DNA of 34,439 bases. Source: a virus (taxonomy: Duplodnaviria > Caudoviricetes). The translations under genes and the position numbers were made by a program. Below the pieces are notes generated by a model. That model worked only from the letters and a program-made list of their open reading frames with translations. It made no database searches and had not been told where the DNA came from. The stretch covers positions 1 through 34,439 of the IMG/VR virus record IMGVR_UViG_3300047558_000033; one strand, given 5' to 3'. Shown one piece after another: positions 1-6,813 of the stretch (position 1 is the first letter of the stretch; the number at the start of each line of letters is the position of its first letter).

Positions 1-127
1 CCCCCAGAATTGGGTAGCGAAACAATGTCCGTTGCCTTCGTATCTATATCCTGAGAAATGATCTCTCGTGAAATAGTGAGAAGGGTAAACGGTCAATGGG
101 TACTCGGTCTGGTTGTAGACATCTGTG
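1..127. repeat. Terminal overlap, identical to 34313-34439 (circular assembly)
   Basis: Exact 127-nt identity of the two ends. An ORF reads through the join, and 127 is a common assembler k-mer length. Confidence 0.95.
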
Positions 128-591
128 ATGTGCATTGGCCCTGTTGTTATCCAAGCTCGGTCATTTACGACCGATTCCTTGGCTCTTAGGCGCTCAATGC
201 ACTCACCGAAAAATGGATTCTCAGGAATAGATGCCATAACGCTGACGTTTATCAGCCCAGGTCTACGGAATTCCTGCTCCCAATGCGCAAAAGCATCGGG
301 TTTTAGTAGCCAATCCTCTAGCGGAGCGAGGCAGGCAGAATCAGCGTCTATCGTGATTCCACCTTTGTTGTAGAGGATTTCGTAACGCATCAAGTCAGCC
401 ACTCCGCATAACTCTTGGCGAGCCATGTCTTGAATGTGCTTGGCGTTAAACCACTTATGGTTTTTCAGATCATCATTGCCCCAAATCTTGATTTCGTAAT
501 CAGGATTCAGGGTTTTCCAAGTCTCAATGCAATGATCTGGGCGTTTGGATTCGTCACCGACCCAAACAAAGTGAAGCCGCTTTGGAATCAC
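1..591 (-). CDS. GT32-family (DxD, OCH1/Gly_transf_sug-like) glycosyltransferase, 5' part; continues across the join to 34271 (210 aa total)
   Basis: Manual translation from GTG at 591 gives MIPKRLHFVWVG...ADLMRYEILYNKGGITIDADS..., matching the GT32 motifs IPKxxHxxW and DxxRYxxLYxxGGxxxDxD. The start overlaps the upstream stop (GTGA). Missing from the ORF track because it wraps. Confidence 0.88.
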   Translation of the reverse strand, partial: MIPKRLHFVWVGDESKRPDHCIETWKTLNPDYEIKIWGNDDLKNHKWFNAKHIQDMARQELCGVADLMRYEILYNKGGITIDADSACLAPLEDWLLKPDAFAHWEQEFRRPGLINVSVMASIPENPFFGECIERLRAKESVVNDRAWITTGPMHITDVYNQTEYPLTVYPSHYFTRDHFSGYRYEGNGHCFATQFWG

Positions 592-749
592 TTTTTCTTC
601 ATTGCTTTTTTAGCAGAACTCAAACCAATAGCAATCGCTTGTTTTTGGCTCTTGACGATAGGGCCACCCTTGCCAGAGTTCAGCTTACCTTTGCCGTACT
701 CTGACATGACTTTACCCATTTTCTTTTCACCAGCTTTAGTCATTTTCAT
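588..749 (-). CDS. Small basic protein, DUF6496-like (53 aa)
   Basis: Manual translation MKMTKAGEKKMGKVMSEYGKGKLNSGKGGPIVKSQKQAIAIGLSSAKKAMKKK. The KVMxE..GxLxSG...KQAIAI pattern is present, and it overlaps both neighbours. Confidence 0.75.
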   Translation of the reverse strand: MKMTKAGEKKMGKVMSEYGKGKLNSGKGGPIVKSQKQAIAIGLSSAKKAMKKK

Positions 750-1164
750 CTTCAGCCTCTTTCATTACGGGAGCTTTTTCCCATGCTCGGCAGGTGCGTT
801 GGTGGTGGCACACGAAATTGAATTTGTTGCAATACCCACGACCACCACCGTCTTTGTCAAACTCATCCTGTGGTACGACTTCCATCGCTTCCAAGGTTTC
901 AGGTTGATCGTCAAAGTATTCGCAATTAGCGCACAGACGGCGTTTTGCTTGGTCAGGAGATGTACGCCAGACGTTAGCAAGACCGCGCCAGTATTCGCTG
1001 TTTGGAGCGTCAACCTTGACAGGGCCGAGCATCTGAGTCTCAACCAAAGTGTCGCGTGTTTTTTTGTTTGATTCTGCTGTCAAGCCTTCGATTACGGGCT
1101 TTTCTGCCTCGATTTCCTCGATTTCAATCTTGATTTCAGCAGCAGGGGCGAGTAAGCCAGCCAT
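736..1164 (-). CDS. Cys-rich putative metal/Fe-S-binding phage protein
   Basis: 142 aa with CANC...GYC...FVCHHQRTC; GAAAGG SD upstream. Confidence 0.7.
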   Translation of the reverse strand: MAGLLAPAAEIKIEIEEIEAEKPVIEGLTAESNKKTRDTLVETQMLGPVKVDAPNSEYWRGLANVWRTSPDQAKRRLCANCEYFDDQPETLEAMEVVPQDEFDKDGGGRGYCNKFNFVCHHQRTCRAWEKAPVMKEAEDEND

Positions 1165-1174
1165 AAGAGCCTTT

Positions 1175-1200
1175 CAAAAAGAAGGCAGACGAACTGCCTT
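1175..1200 (-). terminator. Intrinsic terminator ahead of the late-gene block
   Basis: Minus strand reads AAGGCAG-TTCGT-CTGCCTT followed by CTTTTT. Confidence 0.65.
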
Positions 1201-1243
1201 AAAGACCTAATCGCCATGAACAAACGAATAGGCAACTGATAAT

Positions 1244-1555
1244 TTATTGTAGCTCAGAAGGCCAGTTTCCACTAGCTTTCAGTTTGTTTACTGTTTTCTG
1301 ATACGCCATTTGCCAAAGCATCCTGCGTTGTTCTTTGGTCAGCCTAGCGCCTTGGTCTAGTTCTGTGTGGCATTTTTGGCACAAAGCAGCCGTGAATTCA
1401 TCGCTTGCCTTGATTCCCCTGCCCTTGCCGTGTTCAGCCCAATTTGAGTGTGCGGCTTGGGTTTGTCCTTCAATGTAGCAGTTTTGGCATGGCAGTTCAG
1501 CCACGTTCTTTAAATGCTGTTTGCTACGAAAGTAGTTGAATTTTGGAATCATCAT
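1244..1555 (-). CDS. DUF968/Ref-like HNH-type Zn nuclease (nin region)
   Basis: PCQNC...AAHSN...GKGRGIKASD...LCQKCH pattern. Confidence 0.75.
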   Translation of the reverse strand: MMIPKFNYFRSKQHLKNVAELPCQNCYIEGQTQAAHSNWAEHGKGRGIKASDEFTAALCQKCHTELDQGARLTKEQRRMLWQMAYQKTVNKLKASGNWPSELQ

Positions 1556-1695
1556 CTGATTTCTTGGTTTATTACGCGATCAAACAACACAATTGCACGA
1601 GCTTTTGAGTAGACTTTTTTTGTTCTACGCCAATTGTCATACCAACCTTCTGATATATACAGGGCAGCAAATAAAAGTGCAAAATGTGTTTTCAT
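1552..1695 (-). CDS. Hypothetical 47-aa protein
   Basis: MKTHFALLFAALYISEGWYDNWRR...; fills the gap with ATGA overlaps at both ends. Confidence 0.6.
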   Translation of the reverse strand: MKTHFALLFAALYISEGWYDNWRRTKKVYSKARAIVLFDRVINQEIR

Positions 1696-2168
1696 ACTGG
1701 CAATGCCTCAATTTTTCTCATCTTGTTGCCCTTGAACTCTTTTTCAATGTCAACAAGCGCCAGTTCCAAAGTCCTGACTGAACAGTTGCGTAGCTGTTCA
1801 TCGTGCAATTCCATGATGGTTTGAACGGCTTTCAGCTCCTCACCAGTAAAGAGAAATGACTTTCCACTAACGCCACGCTGTGCCATCGCATAAATCGCGT
1901 CTTGGGCTTGTCCGATTTCCTCAAGCCAATCACGACCAAGCTGGCGCTTTGCCAAGGCTTCTGCCATGTTGACCATTGAAATTAGATTGTCAACGTGATG
2001 GGTGTTTCCTCTTCCTTCACGGATTTCGTCAAAGGAAATGTGGTTCTTGAGCATTAGCTTAGTTCCTGCGTCTGGGACTTCTGCGACTTTTTTGAATCCG
2101 CTGATTACCCATGTCAAAGCATCCATGCGAACGCCTTTGGGTTTATATTTCTTACGGGGTTTGCTCAT
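1692..2168 (-). CDS. Hypothetical phage protein
   Basis: 158-aa ORF coupled by ATGA overlaps. Confidence 0.8.
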   Translation of the reverse strand: MSKPRKKYKPKGVRMDALTWVISGFKKVAEVPDAGTKLMLKNHISFDEIREGRGNTHHVDNLISMVNMAEALAKRQLGRDWLEEIGQAQDAIYAMAQRGVSGKSFLFTGEELKAVQTIMELHDEQLRNCSVRTLELALVDIEKEFKGNKMRKIEALPV

Positions 2169-2497
2169 TGCATCGCCTTGTCTGTTGCTCGGTTTGTTGC
2201 TTCCTCACTACGCCAAACGTCAACTCTCATCCTTGCGGCTTCTAGTTTCCATTTCAGCATTTCCTCTGTTTCAATGGCACTTGCCAAGCCTTCCAGAAGT
2301 TCCAAATACTCAGGATGCGCATAGGCTTCGCGCTCTTGTGCGTTTGCCGCCTCAATGCCTCTGAGCATTGCATCTCGCATCAATAAAGCCTTTTTAGACT
2401 TTCGGAATTCTTCAAGATGAACCCTTTTTGCTTTTGCGGCAGCAAAGTGCTTTGCATTAGCCAAGATGAAATCAATGGCTTTTTGTGGTGCGCTCAT
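2165..2497 (-). CDS. Hypothetical helical phage protein
   Basis: 110-aa ORF coupled to both neighbours. Confidence 0.8.
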   Translation of the reverse strand: MSAPQKAIDFILANAKHFAAAKAKRVHLEEFRKSKKALLMRDAMLRGIEAANAQEREAYAHPEYLELLEGLASAIETEEMLKWKLEAARMRVDVWRSEEATNRATDKAMQ

Positions 2498-2682
2498 TTA
2501 TCCAATTCCTGCATAGCTCGGCGCAGATAGATCGCTTGGTCTAAGCACTCTTGGTAAGCATGTTCAAGCCATTGGCGCAGCGTCAAAGGGTTGTCTTGCA
2601 CGCTGATTCCGTACTTGTTCATGCCAAGCTGTTGACGCGCTTCAATGTCAGCACATACCTTTTGTTCAATTCCGTGTGTCAT
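2494..2682 (-). CDS. Hypothetical phage protein (GxxKYG...WLxHAxxExLDxAxYL type)
   Basis: 62-aa ORF with 4-nt overlaps. Confidence 0.75.
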   Translation of the reverse strand: MTHGIEQKVCADIEARQQLGMNKYGISVQDNPLTLRQWLEHAYQECLDQAIYLRRAMQELDK

Positions 2683-2966
2683 ATCACCCCAATCATTCTT
2701 AAAGCGGCTTCAGGGCCGTCTACAACAGCCAATGCGCCACCTTTCCAGTTACCATGCCACGTTAGCTGGTCTTCTGTTAATTTTTGCGCTGAAGGCGGTT
2801 TACGCCCATCTTTGACTTCCATAAGCAATGTCTGGCCTTTGTATCCAACCAACAAGTCAGGTACGCCTTTGCCAACAGCCGCCAAAGACTGAACCGTAGC
2901 GCCAGCCGCCCGTAGCGCACTAACCACCGAATCTTGATTTGCATCAGTTTTTGCAGCACGTCTCAC
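2679..2966 (-). CDS. VRR-NUC / PD-(D/E)xK nuclease (resolvase-like)
   Basis: GVPDLLVG...LMEVK...LTEDQ motifs. Confidence 0.85.
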   Translation of the reverse strand: MRRAAKTDANQDSVVSALRAAGATVQSLAAVGKGVPDLLVGYKGQTLLMEVKDGRKPPSAQKLTEDQLTWHGNWKGGALAVVDGPEAALRMIGVI

Positions 2967-3118
2967 TTAGTCTCCAACGGCAAAGTCACAACTGGCAACG
3001 CCAACATAGTCTCTTTGGCGTATTCAAACCCCAAATCGTATGCGTTGCTCATAGCCGTGATTGTGTTTTCATCGCAGCCTACGCCACGCAACATCAAAAT
3101 CATGTCTTCTTTAGTCAT
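2963..3118 (-). CDS. Hypothetical 51-aa protein
   Basis: MTKEDMILMLRGVGCDEN...; start reassigned to ATG 3118. Confidence 0.6.
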   Translation of the reverse strand: MTKEDMILMLRGVGCDENTITAMSNAYDLGFEYAKETMLALPVVTLPLETK

Positions 3119-3156
3119 TTTGGTCTTCCACCACCACGTTTGCGCCAGCCTGTCAT
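3115..3156 (-). CDS. 13-aa mini-ORF MTGWRKRGGGRPK
   Basis: Exactly bridges the flanking genes with ATGA overlaps at both ends. Confidence 0.45.
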   Translation of the reverse strand: MTGWRKRGGGRPK

Positions 3157-3548
3157 GTGTTTTCCTTAATGCCGTGAGCTTTTTCAATGGCTCGTGCAAA
3201 GTCGTAATTGAAATCATCAACTGCAACAAACTTTGCCAACCCTTCAATGGCGGCTTCACTCAGCGGCTTGCGTTGTTGTGGTGTGGTGTTTGCTTGCGAA
3301 TCTTCACACTCACGAAACTTAAAAAAAGATTTACCCTGCTCTTGCTGAGTTGTCAAGGAATCCTTTACACCTGAAACCATTTTCGTGTCGTCAAGAATAT
3401 GGTTGGCTAGTGCTTCTTCTAGAGATTTTTCTGCACTTATGAGCTTTTTTAACGTGCTTTCATCAACTTCTTGCCACCAATAGCTATTTTCTTCGTTGAG
3501 TTCTTTCAACGCCTCAAGCGCCAGCTTCATTGTTTCATCTTTGGTCAT
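3153..3548 (-). CDS. Hypothetical mosaic phage protein
   Basis: MTKDETMKLALEALK...PQQRKPLS...FARAIEKAHGI; start reassigned to 3548. Confidence 0.75.
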   Translation of the reverse strand: MTKDETMKLALEALKELNEENSYWWQEVDESTLKKLISAEKSLEEALANHILDDTKMVSGVKDSLTTQQEQGKSFFKFRECEDSQANTTPQQRKPLSEAAIEGLAKFVAVDDFNYDFARAIEKAHGIKENT

Positions 3549-3675
3549 AGTCTGCCTCTGCATCCATGCAAAACATTTCCAATATTTCATACAGCTCAAC
3601 GCATCTGTTTTGCCATGCAATAGCGTTGTTCAATGCTTTTAAAAACAATTCACGCTCTTTTTCTAGTTCACTCAT
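3535..3675 (-). CDS. Hypothetical 46-aa protein
   Basis: MSELEKERELFLKALNNAIAW...; ATGA coupling upstream. Confidence 0.6.
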   Translation of the reverse strand: MSELEKERELFLKALNNAIAWQNRCVELYEILEMFCMDAEADYDQR

Positions 3676-3779
3676 AGCGGAGCCTCTGGCAGTTGTTGAC
3701 GTTGTTGTTGTGCGTATTCCTTGATCTGTTTGGCAGTCCAAGGCACAGCGCCCGTGGCGGGTGGAAAAGGCCAGTTCAT
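3672..3779 (-). CDS. Hypothetical 35-aa protein
   Basis: MNWPFPPATGAVPWTAKQIKEYAQQQRQQLPEAPL; ATGA coupling on both sides. Confidence 0.6.
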   Translation of the reverse strand: MNWPFPPATGAVPWTAKQIKEYAQQQRQQLPEAPL

Positions 3780-3928
3780 AAACGCTCCAATGCAAAGTCA
3801 ATTGCCACAAGTGCTTTTTCTTCAATGTCAAACTGGTCTGACATAAAGTTAGTCTCTGTGTTTTCTAATGCTTGACGGGCAAGTTGCAGGGCTTGTTTGA
3901 GTTGTTCAATCAAGGCTTGTTCGCTCAT
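3776..3928 (-). CDS. Hypothetical 50-aa protein
   Basis: MSEQALIEQLKQALQLARQALE...; ATGA coupling on both sides. Confidence 0.6.
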   Translation of the reverse strand: MSEQALIEQLKQALQLARQALENTETNFMSDQFDIEEKALVAIDFALERL

Positions 3929-4110
3929 TTTGTGTCCCCATCAACAATACGAATAAGGGCGGCTATCATGTCTTTGGCTTGTTCCATGTTCAAGCTGACG
4001 TGACACCTTGCGGCTTCTGTTACCAAACCAATCCAAACGTGACCATCGTATAAGTCCACGTTTACATGGCGGCGCTTGTGTATCGTTTCAATTTTTGTAT
4101 CGAGTTCCAT
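3925..4110 (-). CDS. Hypothetical 61-aa protein
   Basis: ORF with GAAAGG SD. Confidence 0.7.
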   Translation of the reverse strand: MELDTKIETIHKRRHVNVDLYDGHVWIGLVTEAARCHVSLNMEQAKDMIAALIRIVDGDTK

Positions 4111-4120
4111 TCTTAACCTT

Positions 4121-4294
4121 TCATTTACGTTCGTTTACTCGTTCTCTTACCGCTTCAACCAACCCAACCCACAACCCAGATTGATCGTTCTCAAGTTCCT
4201 GCGCCCTTTCCTTGGCGTAGGGAATCCAGCCCTTCTGTAAAGCCATCTTCGTCAAATGCTCTACTTGTTGCTCGAATACTTGGTTGAAATCCAT
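4121..4294 (-). CDS. Hypothetical 57-aa protein
   Basis: MDFNQVFEQQVEHLTKMALQKGWIPYAKERAQELE...; fills the 4121-4190 gap and overlaps the upstream ORF by 104 nt. Confidence 0.55.
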   Translation of the reverse strand: MDFNQVFEQQVEHLTKMALQKGWIPYAKERAQELENDQSGLWVGLVEAVRERVNERK

Positions 4295-4397
4295 CTAGGT
4301 CGCCTGTTAACTCAAGTGCTTTGTTGATTGTGTCTAGATTATAAGACAGATTATCCTTGATTCCGTCAAGAATTTTGTTTGCTTGAAAATAATTCAT
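4191..4397 (-). CDS. Hypothetical 68-aa protein
   Basis: ATGA overlap with the methyltransferase stop. Confidence 0.6.
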   Translation of the reverse strand: MNYFQANKILDGIKDNLSYNLDTINKALELTGDLDGFQPSIRATSRAFDEDGFTEGLDSLRQGKGAGT

Positions 4398-5224
4398 CGT
4401 GTTAACAGTTGCCAGGCTGTTGCGGCACAGAGTGGAACTTGTCCGTTTCCAATGGCTTTAAGTCTGTCCACCCTAGCGGCCACCCCATCAGCCACTCGAC
4501 CCACGTTGGGTTCAGCTTGCCATGATTGCCTGCGCCCATTTGTCTGGCTTCTTCCACTGTTGTGTTCTTGTTCAGCAAATCCCATGCACCACTGCCCCCA
4601 CACATCCCCTTGGTTCTTGGTGTAGGCCAATGAACTTGTGTCCCCAAATTTGGCGATTTCCTGTTTCCCTGTGTTGCCCCGCTGTCTTTCCAATCCCGCG
4701 CATTTGGACTTGCCCACAATCCACATTCTGTCTCGCTTGTGATTGGCTCCAATGTCGGCAGCTCCCATAACAGTCCATTTACAGTCATACCCCATTTTGG
4801 TAAGGTCTCCAACAACTCTGGTTCCGCCTCTAGTAGTGAGCATTGGGGAGTTTTCCACGAACACGTATCTGGGTCGTACTTCGCCAACCACGCGTGCCAT
4901 GTGTTTCCACATTCCGCTCCGCTCTCCGTCAAGTCCGTCACCTTTTCCTGCGGCGCTGATGTCTTGGCATGGAAACCCGCCAGAAACAACGTCAGCAATT
5001 CCTGCCCACGGTTTTCCGTCAAAGGTTTGAACGTCATCCCAAATCGGGAAAGGCGGGAGAAGTCCGTCATTTTGTCGGGCGCACAATACGCTTGCTGGAT
5101 AGGGTTCCCATTCAACGGCGCAGACTGTTCGCCATCCGAGAAGTTTTCCGCCAAGGATGCCGCCCCCTGCTCCTGCGAACAAAGCGAGTTCATTAAGGCA
5201 TTGCTTATCAACCATGTCATTCAT
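4394..5224 (-). CDS. C5 cytosine DNA methyltransferase, alpha-type polypeptide lacking motif IX
   Basis: Motif I LFAGAGG, motif IV GGFPCQD, motif VI VENS, motif VIII HKRDRMW, motif X RLKAIGNGQVP. Confidence 0.92.
   Translation of the reverse strand: MNDMVDKQCLNELALFAGAGGGILGGKLLGWRTVCAVEWEPYPASVLCARQNDGLLPPFPIWDDVQTFDGKPWAGIADVVSGGFPCQDISAAGKGDGLDGERSGMWKHMARVVGEVRPRYVFVENSPMLTTRGGTRVVGDLTKMGYDCKWTVMGAADIGANHKRDRMWIVGKSKCAGLERQRGNTGKQEIAKFGDTSSLAYTKNQGDVWGQWCMGFAEQEHNSGRSQTNGRRQSWQAEPNVGRVADGVAARVDRLKAIGNGQVPLCAATAWQLLTR
4402..5220 (-). CDS. Nested alternate-frame protein, putative methyltransferase beta subunit carrying motif IX
   Basis: 272-aa open frame inside the MTase gene. The C-terminal LNPTWVEWLMGWPLGWTD resembles motif IX (ExxRLxGFPxxW). 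The ATG directly follows the stop of the replication gene. Confidence 0.75.
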   Translation of the reverse strand: MTWLISNALMNSLCSQEQGAASLAENFSDGEQSAPLNGNPIQQAYCAPDKMTDFSRLSRFGMTFKPLTENRGQELLTLFLAGFHAKTSAPQEKVTDLTESGAECGNTWHAWLAKYDPDTCSWKTPQCSLLEAEPELLETLPKWGMTVNGLLWELPTLEPITSETECGLWASPNARDWKDSGATQGNRKSPNLGTQVHWPTPRTKGMCGGSGAWDLLNKNTTVEEARQMGAGNHGKLNPTWVEWLMGWPLGWTDLKPLETDKFHSVPQQPGNC

Positions 5225-6012
5225 GCCACCTTTCCTTTCAAAAGTTCAGCCATCTTTGCTCGGATGTTTTCAGGAATTGGGGCGGCTTTCTTGCTGTCTT
5301 CCTCAATCTTGCGTAGCGCAGCGTCTTGATTTGGCGGTGGTGGCGTTGTAACGTGAGCCACATCGTATTTGTTGGCAAACTGTTGTTTTGGCGCAACCCA
5401 ATCAGCTTCAAAACTTACCCAATTCTTCAAACAACAATGGCTGATTGCCTGTTCAAGTCCCCAACCAGCTTTTTCAACTTGGTTAATAAATCTAGTCCAA
5501 GCTGTTTCTGTCAAAGACTTAGCGCCTTTTCCTTTGCGAACTATCAGCCAATCATTCCAAACTTGCTGATTAACAGAATCAGGACAAGCAACGCTAGTTG
5601 CTTTCTTCTTTGGTTCTTGGTTAGTGGTTCTTGGTTTATGGTTAGGTGTAGGTTCGTCTACGACTTGTTCACGATTCGTGTTTTTTTCTTTACGCTTCGT
5701 TTCTCGTTCAATAGCAATTCGTTTGTTTGTGTCTGATTTTGCATGGTATTCAAGCAATTCTTGAAGGATGCGGTCTTGCACATAACACCCGTCTTTATCA
5801 AGTGTAAAAAACCGATTAAGTACAAATTTGACAGCCTCAATTTCGGCCTCTGTTGAAGCCCATGTCCATTCAAGTGCTTGCTCAAGCGTTGGGAAAACCT
5901 CACGGTCATAACACGAATCAATAAGAAGCGTGTACGCTCCGTGTTGAAGCATTGTCAAACGACCTGCTTTCTTGGCATAGTCTCCAAGATTACGTTTGTA
6001 ATAGTGCATCAC
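5221..6012 (-). CDS. Replication initiator, YdaU/DUF1376 family
   Basis: N-terminus MHYYKRNLGDYAKKAGRLTMLQHGAYTLLID; internal repeats; lambda O-like position. Confidence 0.85.
   Translation of the reverse strand: MMHYYKRNLGDYAKKAGRLTMLQHGAYTLLIDSCYDREVFPTLEQALEWTWASTEAEIEAVKFVLNRFFTLDKDGCYVQDRILQELLEYHAKSDTNKRIAIERETKRKEKNTNREQVVDEPTPNHKPRTTNQEPKKKATSVACPDSVNQQVWNDWLIVRKGKGAKSLTETAWTRFINQVEKAGWGLEQAISHCCLKNWVSFEADWVAPKQQFANKYDVAHVTTPPPPNQDAALRKIEEDSKKAAPIPENIRAKMAELLKGKVA
5586..5722. repeat. Candidate replication origin within the initiator gene
   Basis: TGGTT recurs at 7-bp period (5611, 5618, 5625, 5632, 5639). TTCGT recurs at 5653, 5675, 5696, 5718 (21-22 bp period). Palindrome AAGCAAC-GCTA-GTTGCTT at 5586-5603. 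Confidence 0.6.
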
Positions 6013-6377
6013 TTAGCCCCAAAAGGATTTTCTAGTTGCCAAGGTTTAAGGCTAATGTTTTCGCTAGCAATCCTATCAACCCAAGAAATTCCATCGTAAC
6101 AATAGAAAAACAAAGCAACAATTTTTTCCAAATCAACTTTAAAAAATTCCCTTTTGTTGTTTTCCCTATGCTCATCAAGCATTTCGTGAAATATTTTTTC
6201 TATTTTTCTAAAGTTTGCACACTCTATGTAACAAACAACACAGAATTCATTAGGCACACCTGTTGCCATTGATAGCTCATCAGCCCTGTTTTGTGGGGCT
6301 TTGGATGTGCTACCAATCTTGTAAAGACCAGGCATACTTTCATTCATCAAACAATATACAAAACCATATTTTTCCAT
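6009..6377 (-). CDS. T5orf172/MUG113 GIY-YIG domain protein
   Basis: GFVYCLMNESMPGLYKIG...R..EL...TGVP...E...H...REFF; AT-rich relative to its flanks. Confidence 0.88.
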   Translation of the reverse strand: MEKYGFVYCLMNESMPGLYKIGSTSKAPQNRADELSMATGVPNEFCVVCYIECANFRKIEKIFHEMLDEHRENNKREFFKVDLEKIVALFFYCYDGISWVDRIASENISLKPWQLENPFGAK

Positions 6378-6386
6378 TTTTTACCC

Positions 6387-6488
6387 AAAAAAAAGGGGCT
6401 ACACCTGGAATCTCACCCTTGCGGATGTTGGCGGACTGGCGTAGTACCAGCAGATTCCATGTGTAACCCCACTACGAAACGCCGCCAA
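6387..6488 (-). ncRNA. C4-like antisense/attenuator RNA (core 6395-6470) with upstream complementary boxes and U-tract
   Basis: Three-way junction. Long stem GGGGTTACAC-ATGGAATCT / AGATTCCA-GGTGTAGCCCC, hairpins CTGG-TACTACG-CCAG and CATCC-GCAA-GGGTG, linker CCGCCAA. Loop and linker are complementary to upstream CGTAGT and TTGGCGG. T8 tail. Confidence 0.75.
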
Positions 6489-6501
6489 GCGTCTTTCTGA
6501 A

Positions 6502-6510
6502 ATCATATCA
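6502..6510 (-). promoter_or_regulatory. Extended -10 promoter for the C4-like RNA / replication genes
   Basis: TG-A-TATGAT about 14 nt upstream of the first box; no good -35. Confidence 0.45.
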
Positions 6511-6813
6511 CACTTGTTTCACAAATATGCCTTGCTCATTCATAAAACCTTTGCGATCTTTTATTTGCTCGTAGGCCGTTTCTAAGCAGTCTGTCAGGTT
6601 CACATCTAGCAAAGCACAGACGTTAATCAGGCAAACAACAGTATCGCCAACGGCATCGATTGCTTCTGCTTTGTTGTCATCACGCAACGCATCGACCAAT
6701 TCGTTGATTTCCTCAACAGCTTTGATTGCTTGGGCAAACGGTGTGCTGTTTGGGATGATCTTTCGAGCCTCAGACCAACGAATAACTTTCAGTTCTGTTT
6801 CAGCGTAACTCAT
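6508..6813 (-). CDS. MazG-like NTP pyrophosphohydrolase
   Basis: QAIKAVEEINEL...DAVGDTVVCLI...AYEQIKDRKG; start reassigned to ATG 6813 (TAATG overlap). Confidence 0.85.
   Translation of the reverse strand: MSYAETELKVIRWSEARKIIPNSTPFAQAIKAVEEINELVDALRDDNKAEAIDAVGDTVVCLINVCALLDVNLTDCLETAYEQIKDRKGFMNEQGIFVKQV

Noticed and set aside
1-127. 127-bp terminal direct repeat as a biological packaging repeat
   Set aside because: It falls mid-gene and equals a common assembler k-mer length, so it is best explained as circular assembly overlap.
5148-5154. Downstream TTGGCGG match as a second C4 target
   Set aside because: No accompanying CGTAGT box nearby, and the 7-mer occurs several times elsewhere by chance.
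6395-6470. tRNA gene (76 nt, cloverleaf-like)
   Set aside because: No TTCRA T-loop, D-loop or anticodon arm geometry. A three-way junction with a long stem fits a C4-like RNA instead.
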